Translations under genes and position numbers: made by a program
Part shown: positions 28,371 through 37,859 of the stretch, one piece after another
How the letters are laid out: every line of letters begins with the position of its first letter
Position numbering within the stretch: position 1 is the first letter of the stretch
Notes under the pieces: model-generated
What the model saw: only the letters and a program-made list of their open reading frames with translations
Told to the model about the DNA's origin: nothing
Databases searched by the model: none
IMG/VR virus record: IMGVR_UViG_2541047757_000015
Length of the DNA stretch: 37,859 bases
From: a virus
Lineage: Duplodnaviria > Heunggongvirae > Uroviricota > Caudoviricetes
Direction: 5' to 3' (one strand)

Positions 28371-31300
28371 GTTGGGGATTGATGCGGCAGAGTTTAAAAA
28401 TGAAATTCCCCGTATCAAAAACCTTCTGAATGGTGCAGCCAGCGATGCAGAACGGTCTTCTGCCCGTATGCAGCGTTTTATGGAGCGTCAGACTCAGGCC
28501 GCCCGGCAGACAACGCAGGCAGCTTCTTCGGCTGCAACAGCCGCATCCGTCCATGCGCAGACGGTGGAGAAGAACGCACAGGCTCATGAACGCATGGCCC
28601 GCGAGGTGGAGAAAACCCGCCAGCGCATGGAGGCACTGAGCCAGAAAATGCGCGAGGAACAGGCGCAGGCCATGGCTCTGGCGGAGGCTCAGGATAAAGC
28701 GGCTGCTGCGTTTTATCGTCAGATTGACAGTGTGAAACAGGCCAGTGCGGGGCTGCAGGAATTACAGCGTATTCAGCAGCAGATCCGACAGGCCAGAAAC
28801 AGTGGCGGGATTGGTCAGCAGGATTATCTGGCGCTGATTTCTGAGGTTACTGCGAAAACCCGTGTTCTTACACAGGCTGAGGAAGAGGCTACCCGACAGA
28901 AAGTGGCGTTTATCCGTCAGCTTAAAGAGCAGGCAACCCGCCTGAATCTTTCATCTTCTGAGTTGCTTCGTGCTAAGGCAGCCCAGCTGGGGGTAAGCAG
29001 TGCTGCAGAAGTGTATATCCGCAAAATGGAGCAGGCAGGAAAAGCCACGCATTCGCTGGGTCTGAAAAGTGCAGCAGCCCGCCAGGAGATAGGCGTTCTG
29101 ATAGGTGAACTGGCCCGCGGCAATTTAGGGGCGCTGAGGGGATCCGGGATAACGCTGGCTAACCGTGCCGGATGGATAGACACACTGATGTCACCGAAAG
29201 GCATGATGCTTGGCGGGGTTATTGGCGGTATTGCCGCGGCCGTCTATGGTCTGGGTAAAGCCTGGTATGACGGTCAGAAGGAGGGGGAAGAATTTAACCG
29301 CCAGTTGTCGCTGACGGGGCATTATGCCGGAGTCACTGCCGGGCAGCTGTGGACGCTCAGTCGTGCTATTTCCGGGAATGGTATCACGCAACATGCTGCA
29401 GCCGGTGCGCTGGCTCAGGTGGTGGGGAGTGGTGCATTTCGTGGAAACGATATCGGTATGGTGGCGAGAGTTGCCGCACAGATGGAGCGATCGGTTGGCC
29501 AGTCGGTCAGCGATACCATAAATCAGTTTAAGCGGCTGAAGGATGATCCTGTAAATGCCGCGAAGGCTCTGGACAATGAGCTGCATTTTCTTACTGCCAC
29601 TCAGCTTGAGCAGATACGCGTCCTTGGGGAGCAGGGGCGGTCCAGTGATGCTGCACGGATAGCCATGTCTGCACTGGCAGAGGAAACCGGTCGGCGTACT
29701 GCGGATATTGATAATAACCTCAATGCGCTTGGCAGTACGCTGAAGTATCTGTCTGATTTGTGGAGTCGTTTCTGGGATGCGGCCATGAATATTGGTCGTG
29801 AAGACTCGCTGGATGAACAGATTGCCGCTTTACAGGAGAAAGTGTCGCGGGCGAAAAGACTCCCCTGGACGGCATCATCTTCTCAGGTTGAATACGATCA
29901 GCAGCGTCTTAACGATCTTCAGGAGAAAAAACGCCAGAAGGATTTGCAGGATGCAAAAGAGCAGGCAGAGCGGAATTATCAGGAGCAACAGAAACGCCGT
30001 AATGCTGAAAATGCTGCACTGAACCGGATGAATGAAACGGAAGCAGCACGACATCAGCGTGAAATTGCGCGTATTAATGCCATGCAGTACGCCGATCAGG
30101 CTGTCAGGGATGCGGCGATACAACGTGAAAATGAACGTTACGAGAAAGCCCTGGCATCCGGTAAGAAAAAAACACGCGAAACCCGTAATGATGAGGCCAC
30201 CCGGTTATTGCTGCAGTACAGTCAGCAACAGGCACAGGTGGAAGGACAGATTGCTGCTGCCAGACAGTCAGCAGGCATTGCCACGGAAAGGATGACAGAA
30301 GCGCATAAACAGCTTCTGGCTCTGCAGCAGCGCATCAGCGACCTGGACGGGAAAAAACTGACGGCAGATGAAAAGAGTGTGCTGGCCCGTAAAGATGAAC
30401 TGATTCAGGCACTGACGCTGCTGGATGTAAAACAGCAGGAGCTTCAGAAACAGACGGCACTCAACGAGCTGAAGAAAAAAACAATTCAGCTGACCAGTCA
30501 ACTGGCTGAAGAAGAGCGCGCTCAGCGTCAGCAACATGACCTGGATATCGCCACGGTGGGTATGGGTGATCAGCAGCGACAGCGATATCAGGTACAACTG
30601 AGTCTTCGCCAGAAATACCAGCAACAGCTGGAGCAGTTGAGGCGGGATAGTGAGCAGAAAGGGACATATAACACGGATGACTACAGAAAGGCCGAGCAGG
30701 CGCTGACGGAGAGCCTGAACCGACAACTGAATGAGAATCGCCGTTACTGGCAACAGCTTGAAGTTGTGCAGGGTAACTGGAAAAACGGAGTCCTGCGTGC
30801 ATTTCAGGATTTTACCGTGGATGCAGATAATACGGCAGAAACAGCAGAACAGGTGTTCTCGTCAGCCTTCAGCAACATGGGAAATGGCCTGGCAACTTTT
30901 GTCACTACCGGCAAACTCAATTTCAAATCCTTCACCTCTTCTGTGCTGTCAGATATGGCGAAAATCCTGGCGCAGGCAACCATGATGAAATCGATAAAAG
31001 GGATTGGCAGTGTACTGGGATTTGATCTCAGCAGCCTTTCCCTGAATGCCAATGGGGGGATTTATCAGTCTGCTGATTTGAGTCGTTACAGTGGCACGGT
31101 GGTTAACCGTCCGACGTTTTTTGCTTTTGCAAAAGGCGCGGGTGTGATGGGGGAAGCGGGACCTGAAGCCATTCTGCCATTGCGTCGTGGTGCTGACGGT
31201 AAGCTGGGGGTTGTGGCGGATATTGGGGGGTCAGGTATGGCGATGTTTTCCCCGCAGTACAACATCGAGATCAATAACGATGGCACGAACGGGCAGATAG

Positions 31301-31407
31301 GTCCGGCTGCCCTGAAGGCGGTTTATGACCTCGGGAAAAAAGCGGCAGCGGACTTTATGCAACAGCAGGCCCGTGATGGTGGTCGGTTAAGTGGAGCATA
31401 TCGGTAA
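28342..31407 (+). CDS. H: Tail tape measure protein H
   Basis: ~1021 aa; N-terminus MDQIANLVIELGIDAAEF and C-terminus NIEINNDGTNGQIGPAALKAVYDLGKK resemble lambda gpH; GGAGG ribosome-binding site. Confidence 0.9.
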   Translation: MDQIANLVIELGIDAAEFKNEIPRIKNLLNGAASDAERSSARMQRFMERQTQAARQTTQAASSAATAASVHAQTVEKNAQAHERMAREVEKTRQRMEALSQKMREEQAQAMALAEAQDKAAAAFYRQIDSVKQASAGLQELQRIQQQIRQARNSGGIGQQDYLALISEVTAKTRVLTQAEEEATRQKVAFIRQLKEQATRLNLSSSELLRAKAAQLGVSSAAEVYIRKMEQAGKATHSLGLKSAAARQEIGVLIGELARGNLGALRGSGITLANRAGWIDTLMSPKGMMLGGVIGGIAAAVYGLGKAWYDGQKEGEEFNRQLSLTGHYAGVTAGQLWTLSRAISGNGITQHAAAGALAQVVGSGAFRGNDIGMVARVAAQMERSVGQSVSDTINQFKRLKDDPVNAAKALDNELHFLTATQLEQIRVLGEQGRSSDAARIAMSALAEETGRRTADIDNNLNALGSTLKYLSDLWSRFWDAAMNIGREDSLDEQIAALQEKVSRAKRLPWTASSSQVEYDQQRLNDLQEKKRQKDLQDAKEQAERNYQEQQKRRNAENAALNRMNETEAARHQREIARINAMQYADQAVRDAAIQRENERYEKALASGKKKTRETRNDEATRLLLQYSQQQAQVEGQIAAARQSAGIATERMTEAHKQLLALQQRISDLDGKKLTADEKSVLARKDELIQALTLLDVKQQELQKQTALNELKKKTIQLTSQLAEEERAQRQQHDLDIATVGMGDQQRQRYQVQLSLRQKYQQQLEQLRRDSEQKGTYNTDDYRKAEQALTESLNRQLNENRRYWQQLEVVQGNWKNGVLRAFQDFTVDADNTAETAEQVFSSAFSNMGNGLATFVTTGKLNFKSFTSSVLSDMAKILAQATMMKSIKGIGSVLGFDLSSLSLNANGGIYQSADLSRYSGTVVNRPTFFAFAKGAGVMGEAGPEAILPLRRGADGKLGVVADIGGSGMAMFSPQYNIEINNDGTNGQIGPAALKAVYDLGKKAAADFMQQQARDGGRLSGAYR

Positions 31408-31736
31408 TGGAGACGTTTCACTGGAAAGTGCGCCCGGATATGAATGTGGTATCAGAGCCGAAAGTGGTGACAGTGAAGCTGGGCGATGGTTATGAACAGC
31501 GTCGTGCGGCGGGACTGAATAACCAGTTGTCGACTTACAGCGTGACGATACGTGTTCGTAAATGTGACCACCCATCTTTAAAAGCCTTTCTGGAACGGCA
31601 CGGTGGCGTCCGTGCATTTCAGTGGACGCCACCTTATGACTGGAAACCGATCAGGGTGGTTTGTCGTAAATGGTCGGCAAGCGTGGGGGCGCTGTGGGTA
31701 ACCATAACGGCAGATTTTGAACAGGTCGTGGCATAG
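31407..31736 (+). CDS. M: Minor tail protein M
   Basis: 109 aa; TAATG overlap with the H stop; lambda gpM-like. Confidence 0.85.
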   Translation: METFHWKVRPDMNVVSEPKVVTVKLGDGYEQRRAAGLNNQLSTYSVTIRVRKCDHPSLKAFLERHGGVRAFQWTPPYDWKPIRVVCRKWSASVGALWVTITADFEQVVA

Positions 31737-31745
31737 GAGGCTCTG

Positions 31746-32444
31746 ATGCAGGATATTCCACAGGAAACACATCATGAGACGACACGCCTCACTCAGTCAG
31801 CCCAGGTGGTGCTCTGGGAAATCGATCTGACAGAGGTCGGTGGTGAACGTTATTTTTTCTGTAATGAGCAGAACGAAAAAGGTGAGCCGGTTATCTGGCA
31901 GGGGCGGCAGTATCAGGTATACCCCATTCAGGGGACGGGATTTGAACTGAACGGCAAGGGCAGTGCTGCCCGTCCGACACTGACGGTTTCTAACCTGTAC
32001 GGTATGGTCACCGGGATGGCGGAAGATCTGCAGAGTCTGGTCGGCGGAACGGTGGTCCGGCGTAATGTTTACGCCCGTTTTCTGGATGCGGTGAACTTCG
32101 TCAACGGAAACAGTGACGCCGATCCGGAGCAGGAGGTGATCAGCCGCTGGCGCATTGAGCAGTGCAGCGAACTGAGCGCGGTGAGTGCCTCTTTTGTACT
32201 GTCCACGCCGACGGAAACGGACGGCGCTGTTTTTCCGGGACGTATCATGCTGGCCAACACCTGCACCTGGACCTATCGCGGTGATGAGTGCGGTTATCAC
32301 GGTCCGGCAGTCGCGGATGAATATGACCAGCCGACGTCCGATATCACGAAGGATAAATGCAGCAAATGCCTGAGCGGCTGTAAGTTTCGCAATAACGTCG
32401 GCAACTTTGGCGGCTTCCTTTCCATTAACAAACTTTCGCAGTAA
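31746..32444 (+). CDS. L: Minor tail protein L
   Basis: 232 aa; GGAGG ribosome-binding site; lambda gpL-like including the C-terminal cysteine cluster. Confidence 0.85.
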   Translation: MQDIPQETHHETTRLTQSAQVVLWEIDLTEVGGERYFFCNEQNEKGEPVIWQGRQYQVYPIQGTGFELNGKGSAARPTLTVSNLYGMVTGMAEDLQSLVGGTVVRRNVYARFLDAVNFVNGNSDADPEQEVISRWRIEQCSELSAVSASFVLSTPTETDGAVFPGRIMLANTCTWTYRGDECGYHGPAVADEYDQPTSDITKDKCSKCLSGCKFRNNVGNFGGFLSINKLSQ

Positions 32445-32448
32445 TCCC

Positions 32449-33192
32449 ATGACAGAGACAGAATCAGCGATTCTGGCGCACGCCCGGCGATGTGCGCCAG
32501 CGGAGTCGTGCGGCTTCGTGGTGAGAGCGCCGGAGGGGGAAAGATATTTTCCCTGCGTGAATATTTCCGGTGAGCCGGAGGATTATTTCCGGATGGCTCC
32601 GGAGGACTGGCTGCAGGCAGAGATGCAGGGTGAGATTGTGGCACTGGTCCACAGTCATCCCGGTGGTCTGCCCTGGCTGAGTGAGGCTGACCGGCGGCTG
32701 CAGGTGCAGAGTGATTTGCCGTGGTGGCTGGTCTGCCGGGGGGCGATTCACAAGTTCCGCTGTGTGCCGCATCTCACCGGGCGGCGCTTTGAGCACGGGG
32801 TGACGGACTGTTACACGCTGTTCCGGGATGCTTATCATCTGGCGGGGATTGAGATGCCGGATTTTCATCGCGGGGATGACTGGTGGCGTAACGGTCAGAA
32901 TCTCTATCTGGATAATCTGGAGGCCACAGGGCTGTATCAGGTGGCGTTGTCATCAGCACAACCGGGCGATGTGCTGCTGTGCTGTTTTGGTTCATCGGTG
33001 CCGAATCATGCCGCCATTTACTGCGGCGACGGTGAGCTGCTGCACCATATTCCTGAACAACTGAGTAAACGAGAGAGGTATACCGACAAATGGCAGCGAC
33101 GCACACACTCCCTCTGGCGTCACCGGGCATGGCACGCATCTGCCTTTACGGGGATTTACAACGATTTGGCCGCCGCATCGACCTTCGAGTGA
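32449..33192 (+). CDS. K: Tail assembly protein K (MPN/JAMM plus NlpC/P60-like)
   Basis: JAMM motif EIVALVHSHPGGLPWLSEAD; start uncertain (ATG at 32449 after the L stop, or ATG at 32593 giving 199 aa). Confidence 0.8.
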   Translation: MTETESAILAHARRCAPAESCGFVVRAPEGERYFPCVNISGEPEDYFRMAPEDWLQAEMQGEIVALVHSHPGGLPWLSEADRRLQVQSDLPWWLVCRGAIHKFRCVPHLTGRRFEHGVTDCYTLFRDAYHLAGIEMPDFHRGDDWWRNGQNLYLDNLEATGLYQVALSSAQPGDVLLCCFGSSVPNHAAIYCGDGELLHHIPEQLSKRERYTDKWQRRTHSLWRHRAWHASAFTGIYNDLAAASTFE

Positions 33193-33737
33193 AAACGGGG
33201 TCTGAAGCCATCCGGGCGCTGGCCATGCAGATCCCGGCGTTTCGTCAGAAACTGAGCGACGGCTGGTACCAGGTACGCATTGCCGGGCGTGATGCAGGTG
33301 AAACCGAATTGTCTGCCCGTCTTAATGAGCCGCTGGCAAATGGTGCCGTGATCCACATCGTGCCGCGTCTGGCGGGAGCTAAAAGTGGCGGTGTGTTTCA
33401 GGTGGTGCTGGGGGCGGCGCTGATTGCGGTGGCATGGTGGAACCCTGTGGGCTGGCTGGGTGCCGCGGCTGTATCGGGCATGTATGCGGCAGGGGCCAGT
33501 ATGATCCTGGGCGGAGTGGCGCAGATGCTGGCACCGAAAGCCAGGACGCCCACGGCAGCAAGTACAGATAACGGCAAACAGAACACCTATTTCTCCTCAC
33601 TGGATAACATGGTTGCCCAGGGCAATGTTCTGCCCGTTCTGTACGGTGAAATGCGCGTGGGGTCGCGGGTGGTCTCTCAGGAGATCAGCACGGCAGACGA
33701 AGGGGATGGTGGTCAGGTTGTAGTGATTGGTCGCTGA
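33090..33737 (+). CDS. I: Tail assembly protein I
   Basis: 215 aa; GAGAGG ribosome-binding site; overlaps the 3' end of K; lambda gpI-like. Confidence 0.75.
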   Translation: MAATHTLPLASPGMARICLYGDLQRFGRRIDLRVKTGSEAIRALAMQIPAFRQKLSDGWYQVRIAGRDAGETELSARLNEPLANGAVIHIVPRLAGAKSGGVFQVVLGAALIAVAWWNPVGWLGAAAVSGMYAAGASMILGGVAQMLAPKARTPTAASTDNGKQNTYFSSLDNMVAQGNVLPVLYGEMRVGSRVVSQEISTADEGDGGQVVVIGR

Positions 33738-33797
33738 TGAAAAACGTTTTATGTGAAACCGCCTCCGGGCGGTTTTGTCGTTTATGGAGCGTTAGGA

Positions 33798-36700
33798 ATG
33801 GGTAAAGGCAGCAGTAAGGGGCATACTCCGCGCGAAGCGAAGGACAACCTGAAGTCCACGCAGTTGCTGAGTGTGATCGATGCCATCAGCGAAGGGCCGA
33901 TTGAAGGTCCGGTGGATGGATTAAAAAGCGTGCTGCTGAACAGTACGCCAGTGCTGGACACTGAGGGGAATACCAACATCTCCGGCGTCACGGTGGTGTT
34001 CCGGGCAGGTGAACAGGAGCAGACACCGCCGGAGGGATTTGAATCCTCCGGCTCCGAGACGGTGCTGGGTACGGAAGTGAAATATGACACGCCGATCACC
34101 CGCACCATCACGTCGGCAAACATCGACCGTCTGCGCTTTACCTTCGGTGTGCAGGCACTGGTGGAAACCACCTCAAAGGGGGACAGGAATCCATCGGAAG
34201 TCCGCCTGCTGGTTCAGATACAGCGTAACGGTGGCTGGGTGACGGAAAAAGACATCACCATTAAGGGCAAAACCACCTCGCAGTATCTGGCCTCGGTGGT
34301 GGTGGATAACCTGCCGCCGCGCCCGTTTAATATCCGGATGCGCAGGATGACGCCGGACAGCACCACAGACCAGCTGCAGAACAAAACGCTCTGGTCGTCA
34401 TACACCGAAATCATCGATGTGAAACAGTGCTACCCGAACACGGCACTGGTTGGCGTGCAGGTGGACTCGGAGCAGTTCGGCAGCCAGCAGGTGAGCCGTA
34501 ATTATCATCTTCGCGGGCGCATTCTGCAGGTGCCGTCGAACTATAACCCGCAGACGCGGCAATACAGCGGTATCTGGGACGGAACGTTAAAACCGGCATA
34601 CAGCAACAACATGGCCTGGTGTCTGTGGGATATGCTGACCCATCCGCGCTACGGCATGGGGAAACGTCTTGGTGCGGCGGATGTGGATAAATGGGCGCTG
34701 TATGTCATCGGCCAGAATTGCGACCAGTCGGTGCCGGACGGCTTTGGCGGCACGGAGCCGCGCATCACCTGTAACGCTTACCTGACCACACAGCGCAAGG
34801 CGTGGGATGTGCTCAGTGATTTCTGCTCGGCGATGCGCTGTATGCCGGTATGGAACGGGCAGACGCTGACGTTCGTGCAGGACCGACAGTCGGATAAGGT
34901 GTGGACCTATAACCGCAGTAATGTGGTGATGCCGGATGATGGCGCGCCGTTCCGCTACAGCTTCAGCGCCCTGAAGGACCGCCATAATGCCGTTGAGGTG
35001 AACTGGATTGACCCGAACAACGGCTGGGAGACGGCGACAGAGCTTGTTGAAGATACGCAGGCCATTGCCCGTTACGGTCGTAATGTCACGAAGATGGATG
35101 CCTTTGGTTGTACCAGTCGGGGGCAGGCACACCGAGCCGGGCTGTGGCTGATTAAAACGGAACTGCTGGAAACGCAGACCGTGGATTTCAGCGTGGGCGC
35201 AGAAGGGCTTCGCCATGTGCCGGGCGATGTTATTGAAATCTGCGATGATGACTATGCCGGTATCAGCATCGGTGGTCGCGTGCTGGCGGTGAACAGCCAG
35301 ACCCGGACGCTGACGCTCGACCGTGAAATCACGCTGCCATCCTCCGGCACCACGCTGATAAGCCTGGTTGACGGTGAGGGTAATCCGGTCAGCGTGGAGG
35401 TCCAGTCCGTCACCGACGGCGTGAAGGTGAAAGTGAGCCGTGTTCCTGACGGCGTTGCTGAATACAGCGTGTGGGGGCTGAAGTTGCCGACGTTGCGCCA
35501 GCGCCTGTTCCGCTGCGTGAGTATCCGTGAGAACGACGACGGCACGTATGCCATCACTGCCGTGCAGCATGTACCGGAGAAAGAGGCCATCGTGGATAAC
35601 GGGGCGCACTTTGACGGCGACCAGAGCGGCACGGTGAATGGTGTCACGCCGCCAGCGGTGCAGCACCTGACTGCCGAAGTCACCGCAGACAGCGGGGAAT
35701 ATCAGGTGCTGGCCCGCTGGGACACGCCGAAAGTGGTGAAGGGCGTGAGCTTCCTGCTTCGCCTGACCGTGGCAGCGGATGACGGCAGTGAGCGGCTGGT
35801 CAGCACGGCCCGGACGACGGAAACCACATACCGCTTCACGCAACTGGCGCTGGGGCGTTACATGCTGACGGTCCGGGCGGTAAATGCGTGGGGGCTGCAG
35901 GGCGATCCGGCATCGGTATCGTTCCGGATTGCCGCACCGGCAGCGCCGTCTCGGATTGAGCTGACACCGGGCTATTTTCAGATAACCGCCACGCCACATC
36001 TTGCGGTTTATGACCCGACGGTACAGTTTGAGTTCTGGTTCTCGGAAAAACGGATTGCGGATATCAGGCAGGTTGAAACCACAGCCCGCTATCTTGGCAC
36101 GGCGCTGTACTGGATAGCTGCCAGTATCAATATCAGGCCGGGCCATGATTATTATTTTTACGTTCGCAGTGTGAACACCGTTGGCAAATCGGCATTCGTG
36201 GAGGCTGTTGGTCGGGCGAGCGATGATGCGGAAGGTTACCTGGATTTTTTCAAAGGCCAGATAACCGAATCCCATCTTGGCAAGGAGCTGCTGGAAAAAG
36301 TCGAGCTGACGGAGGATAACGCCAGCAAACTGGAGGAGTTTTCGAAAGAGTGGAAGGACGCCAGTGATAAGTGGAATGCCATGTGGGGCGTCAAAATTGA
36401 GCAGACCAAAGACGGCAAACATTATGTCGCGGGTATTGGCCTCAGCATGGAGGACACGGAGGAAGGCAAACTGAGCCAGTTCCTGGTTGCCGCTAACCGT
36501 ATCGCGTTTATTGATCCGTCTAATGGCAACACAAGACCAATGTTTGTTGGTCAGGGCGATCAGATATTCATGAACGACGTGTTCCTGAAACGCCTGACGG
36601 CTCCGACCATTACCAGCGGCGGTAATCCTCCGGCATTTTCCCTGACACCGGATGGGCGGCTGACGGCGAAAAATGCCGATATCAGCGGTAACGTGAATGC

Positions 36701-37190
36701 GAACTCCGGGACGCTCAACAACGTCACGATTAACGAGAACTGTCGGGTTCTGGGAAAACTGTCCGCGAACCAGATTGAAGGCGATCTCGTTAAAACAGTG
36801 GGCAAAGCTTTCCCCCGGGACTCCCGTGCACCGGAACGGTGGCCATCAGGGACCATTACCGTCAGGGTTTATGACGATCAGCCGTTTGACCGGCAGATTG
36901 TTATTCCTGCGGTGGCATTCAGCGGCGCTAAACATGAGAGAGAGCATACTGATATTTACTCCTCATGCCGTCTGATAGTGCGGAAAAACGGTGCTGAAAT
37001 TTATAACCGTACCGCGCTGGATAATACGCTGATTTACAGTGGCGTTATTGATATGCCTGCCGGTCACGGTCACATGACGCTGGAGTTTTCGGTGTCAGCA
37101 TGGCTGGTAAATGACTGGTATCCCACAGCAAGTATCAGCGATTTGCTGGTTGTGGTGATGAAGAAAGCCACCGCAGGCATCAGTATCAGC
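33798..37190 (+). CDS. J: Tail tip / host specificity protein J; no in-frame stop at the expected end, frame continues into lom
   Basis: Near-identical to lambda gpJ over the N-terminal ~980 aa ([18 protein letters not shown] ...); C-terminal ~150 aa diverge; end placed at the lambda-equivalent position, 1131 codons. Confidence 0.8.
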
Positions 37191-37210
37191 GAATTTTATA
37201 ACCCATATAC

Positions 37211-37238
37211 GGGCGCCAGAAATGGCGCCTTTTTTATT
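37211..37238 (+). terminator. Rho-independent terminator in the J-lom spacer
   Basis: GGGCGCC-AGAAAT-GGCGCC followed by TTTTTTATT. Confidence 0.5.
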
Positions 37239-37259
37239 GCAGAAAAGCGAGAGGTAATT

Positions 37260-37859
37260 ATGCGTAAAGTTTGTGCAGCCATTTTGTCCGCAGCCATTTG
37301 TCTGGCCGTATCCGGTGCGCCTGCATGGGCGTCTGAACATCAGTCCACGCTGAGCGCGGGGTATCTTCATGCCTCGACGAACGTCCCCGGCAGTGATGAT
37401 CTGAACGGGATTAACGTGAAATACCGTTATGAGTTTACGGACACACTGGGGCTGGTGACGTCATTCAGCTATGCAGGAGACAAGAATCGCCAGCTGACCC
37501 GTTACAGCGATACCCGCTGGCATGAAGATTCCGTTCGTAACCGCTGGTTCAGCGTAATGGCGGGGCCGTCTGTGCGCGTGAATGAATGGTTCAGCGCGTA
37601 TGCGATGGCGGGTGTAGCTTACAGCCGTGTGTCGACTTTCTCCGGGGATTATCTTCGCGTAACTGACAACAAGGGGAAAAAGCACGATGTGCTGACCGGA
37701 AGTGATGACGGTCGCCACAGCAACACGTCTCTGGCGTGGGGGGCTGGCGTGCAGTTTAACCCGACCGAATCCGTGGCCATTGATATTGCTTATGAAGGCT
37801 CCGGCAGTGGCGACTGGCGCACTGACGGTTTCATCGTGGGTGTCGGTTATAAGTTCTGA
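37260..37859 (+). CDS. lom: Lom outer-membrane protein (Ail/Lom family)
   Basis: [24 protein letters not shown] signal peptide and beta-barrel body nearly identical to lambda Lom; GAGAGG ribosome-binding site; the window ends at its stop codon. Confidence 0.85.
   Translation: MRKVCAAILSAAICLAVSGAPAWASEHQSTLSAGYLHASTNVPGSDDLNGINVKYRYEFTDTLGLVTSFSYAGDKNRQLTRYSDTRWHEDSVRNRWFSVMAGPSVRVNEWFSAYAMAGVAYSRVSTFSGDYLRVTDNKGKKHDVLTGSDDGRHSNTSLAWGAGVQFNPTESVAIDIAYEGSGSGDWRTDGFIVGVGYKF

Noticed and set aside
28917-30802. Multiple minus-strand and alternative-frame ORFs within the tape measure gene
   Set aside because: All lie inside a gene with clear lambda H homology and show skewed amino-acid composition.
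34587-36422. 611-aa ORF on the minus strand inside J
   Set aside because: Antisense to a gene with strong lambda J homology; Arg/His/Pro-rich composition typical of a non-coding frame in GC-rich sequence; no ribosome-binding site evidence.

Overview
The window is most of a lambdoid prophage of an Escherichia/Shigella-type genome, apparently integrated into the 5' end of prfC (release factor 3), and it looks defective. It is a mosaic: a CPS-53-like early-left block (yfdP/Q/R-like), an immunity and replication region (CI, Cro, CII-like, O-like initiator with internal iterons, Dam-like MTase, RusA, KilA-N, DUF968, Q), a Qin-like late-control and lysis region (cspF, cspB, holin, SAR lysozyme, Rz/Rz1, cspI, GnsB-like), and a lambda-like packaging and tail region (terminases, W, G/GT, H, M, L, K, I, J, lom). 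Two lesions point to a cryptic prophage: the head genes between W and the C-terminus of V are deleted, and a complete IS2 with a 5-bp target duplication sits between cspB and the holin. The most interesting cargo is an AT-rich, 531-aa deaminase-family protein (HAE and PCxxC zinc motifs, P-loop-like N-terminus) between int and xis, which resembles the AvcD/DCD nucleotide-depletion defence proteins and has a short upstream element that could be an AvcI-like RNA antitoxin. Other candidates are an orphan ParA-like ATPase downstream of cI in the rexAB-equivalent position, a GC-rich structured leader with a boxA-like motif but no N gene, and J reading through into lom with no stop codon. All assignments rest on motif reading and recollection of family sequences, not on database searches, and coordinates derived by hand may be off by 1-2 nt.
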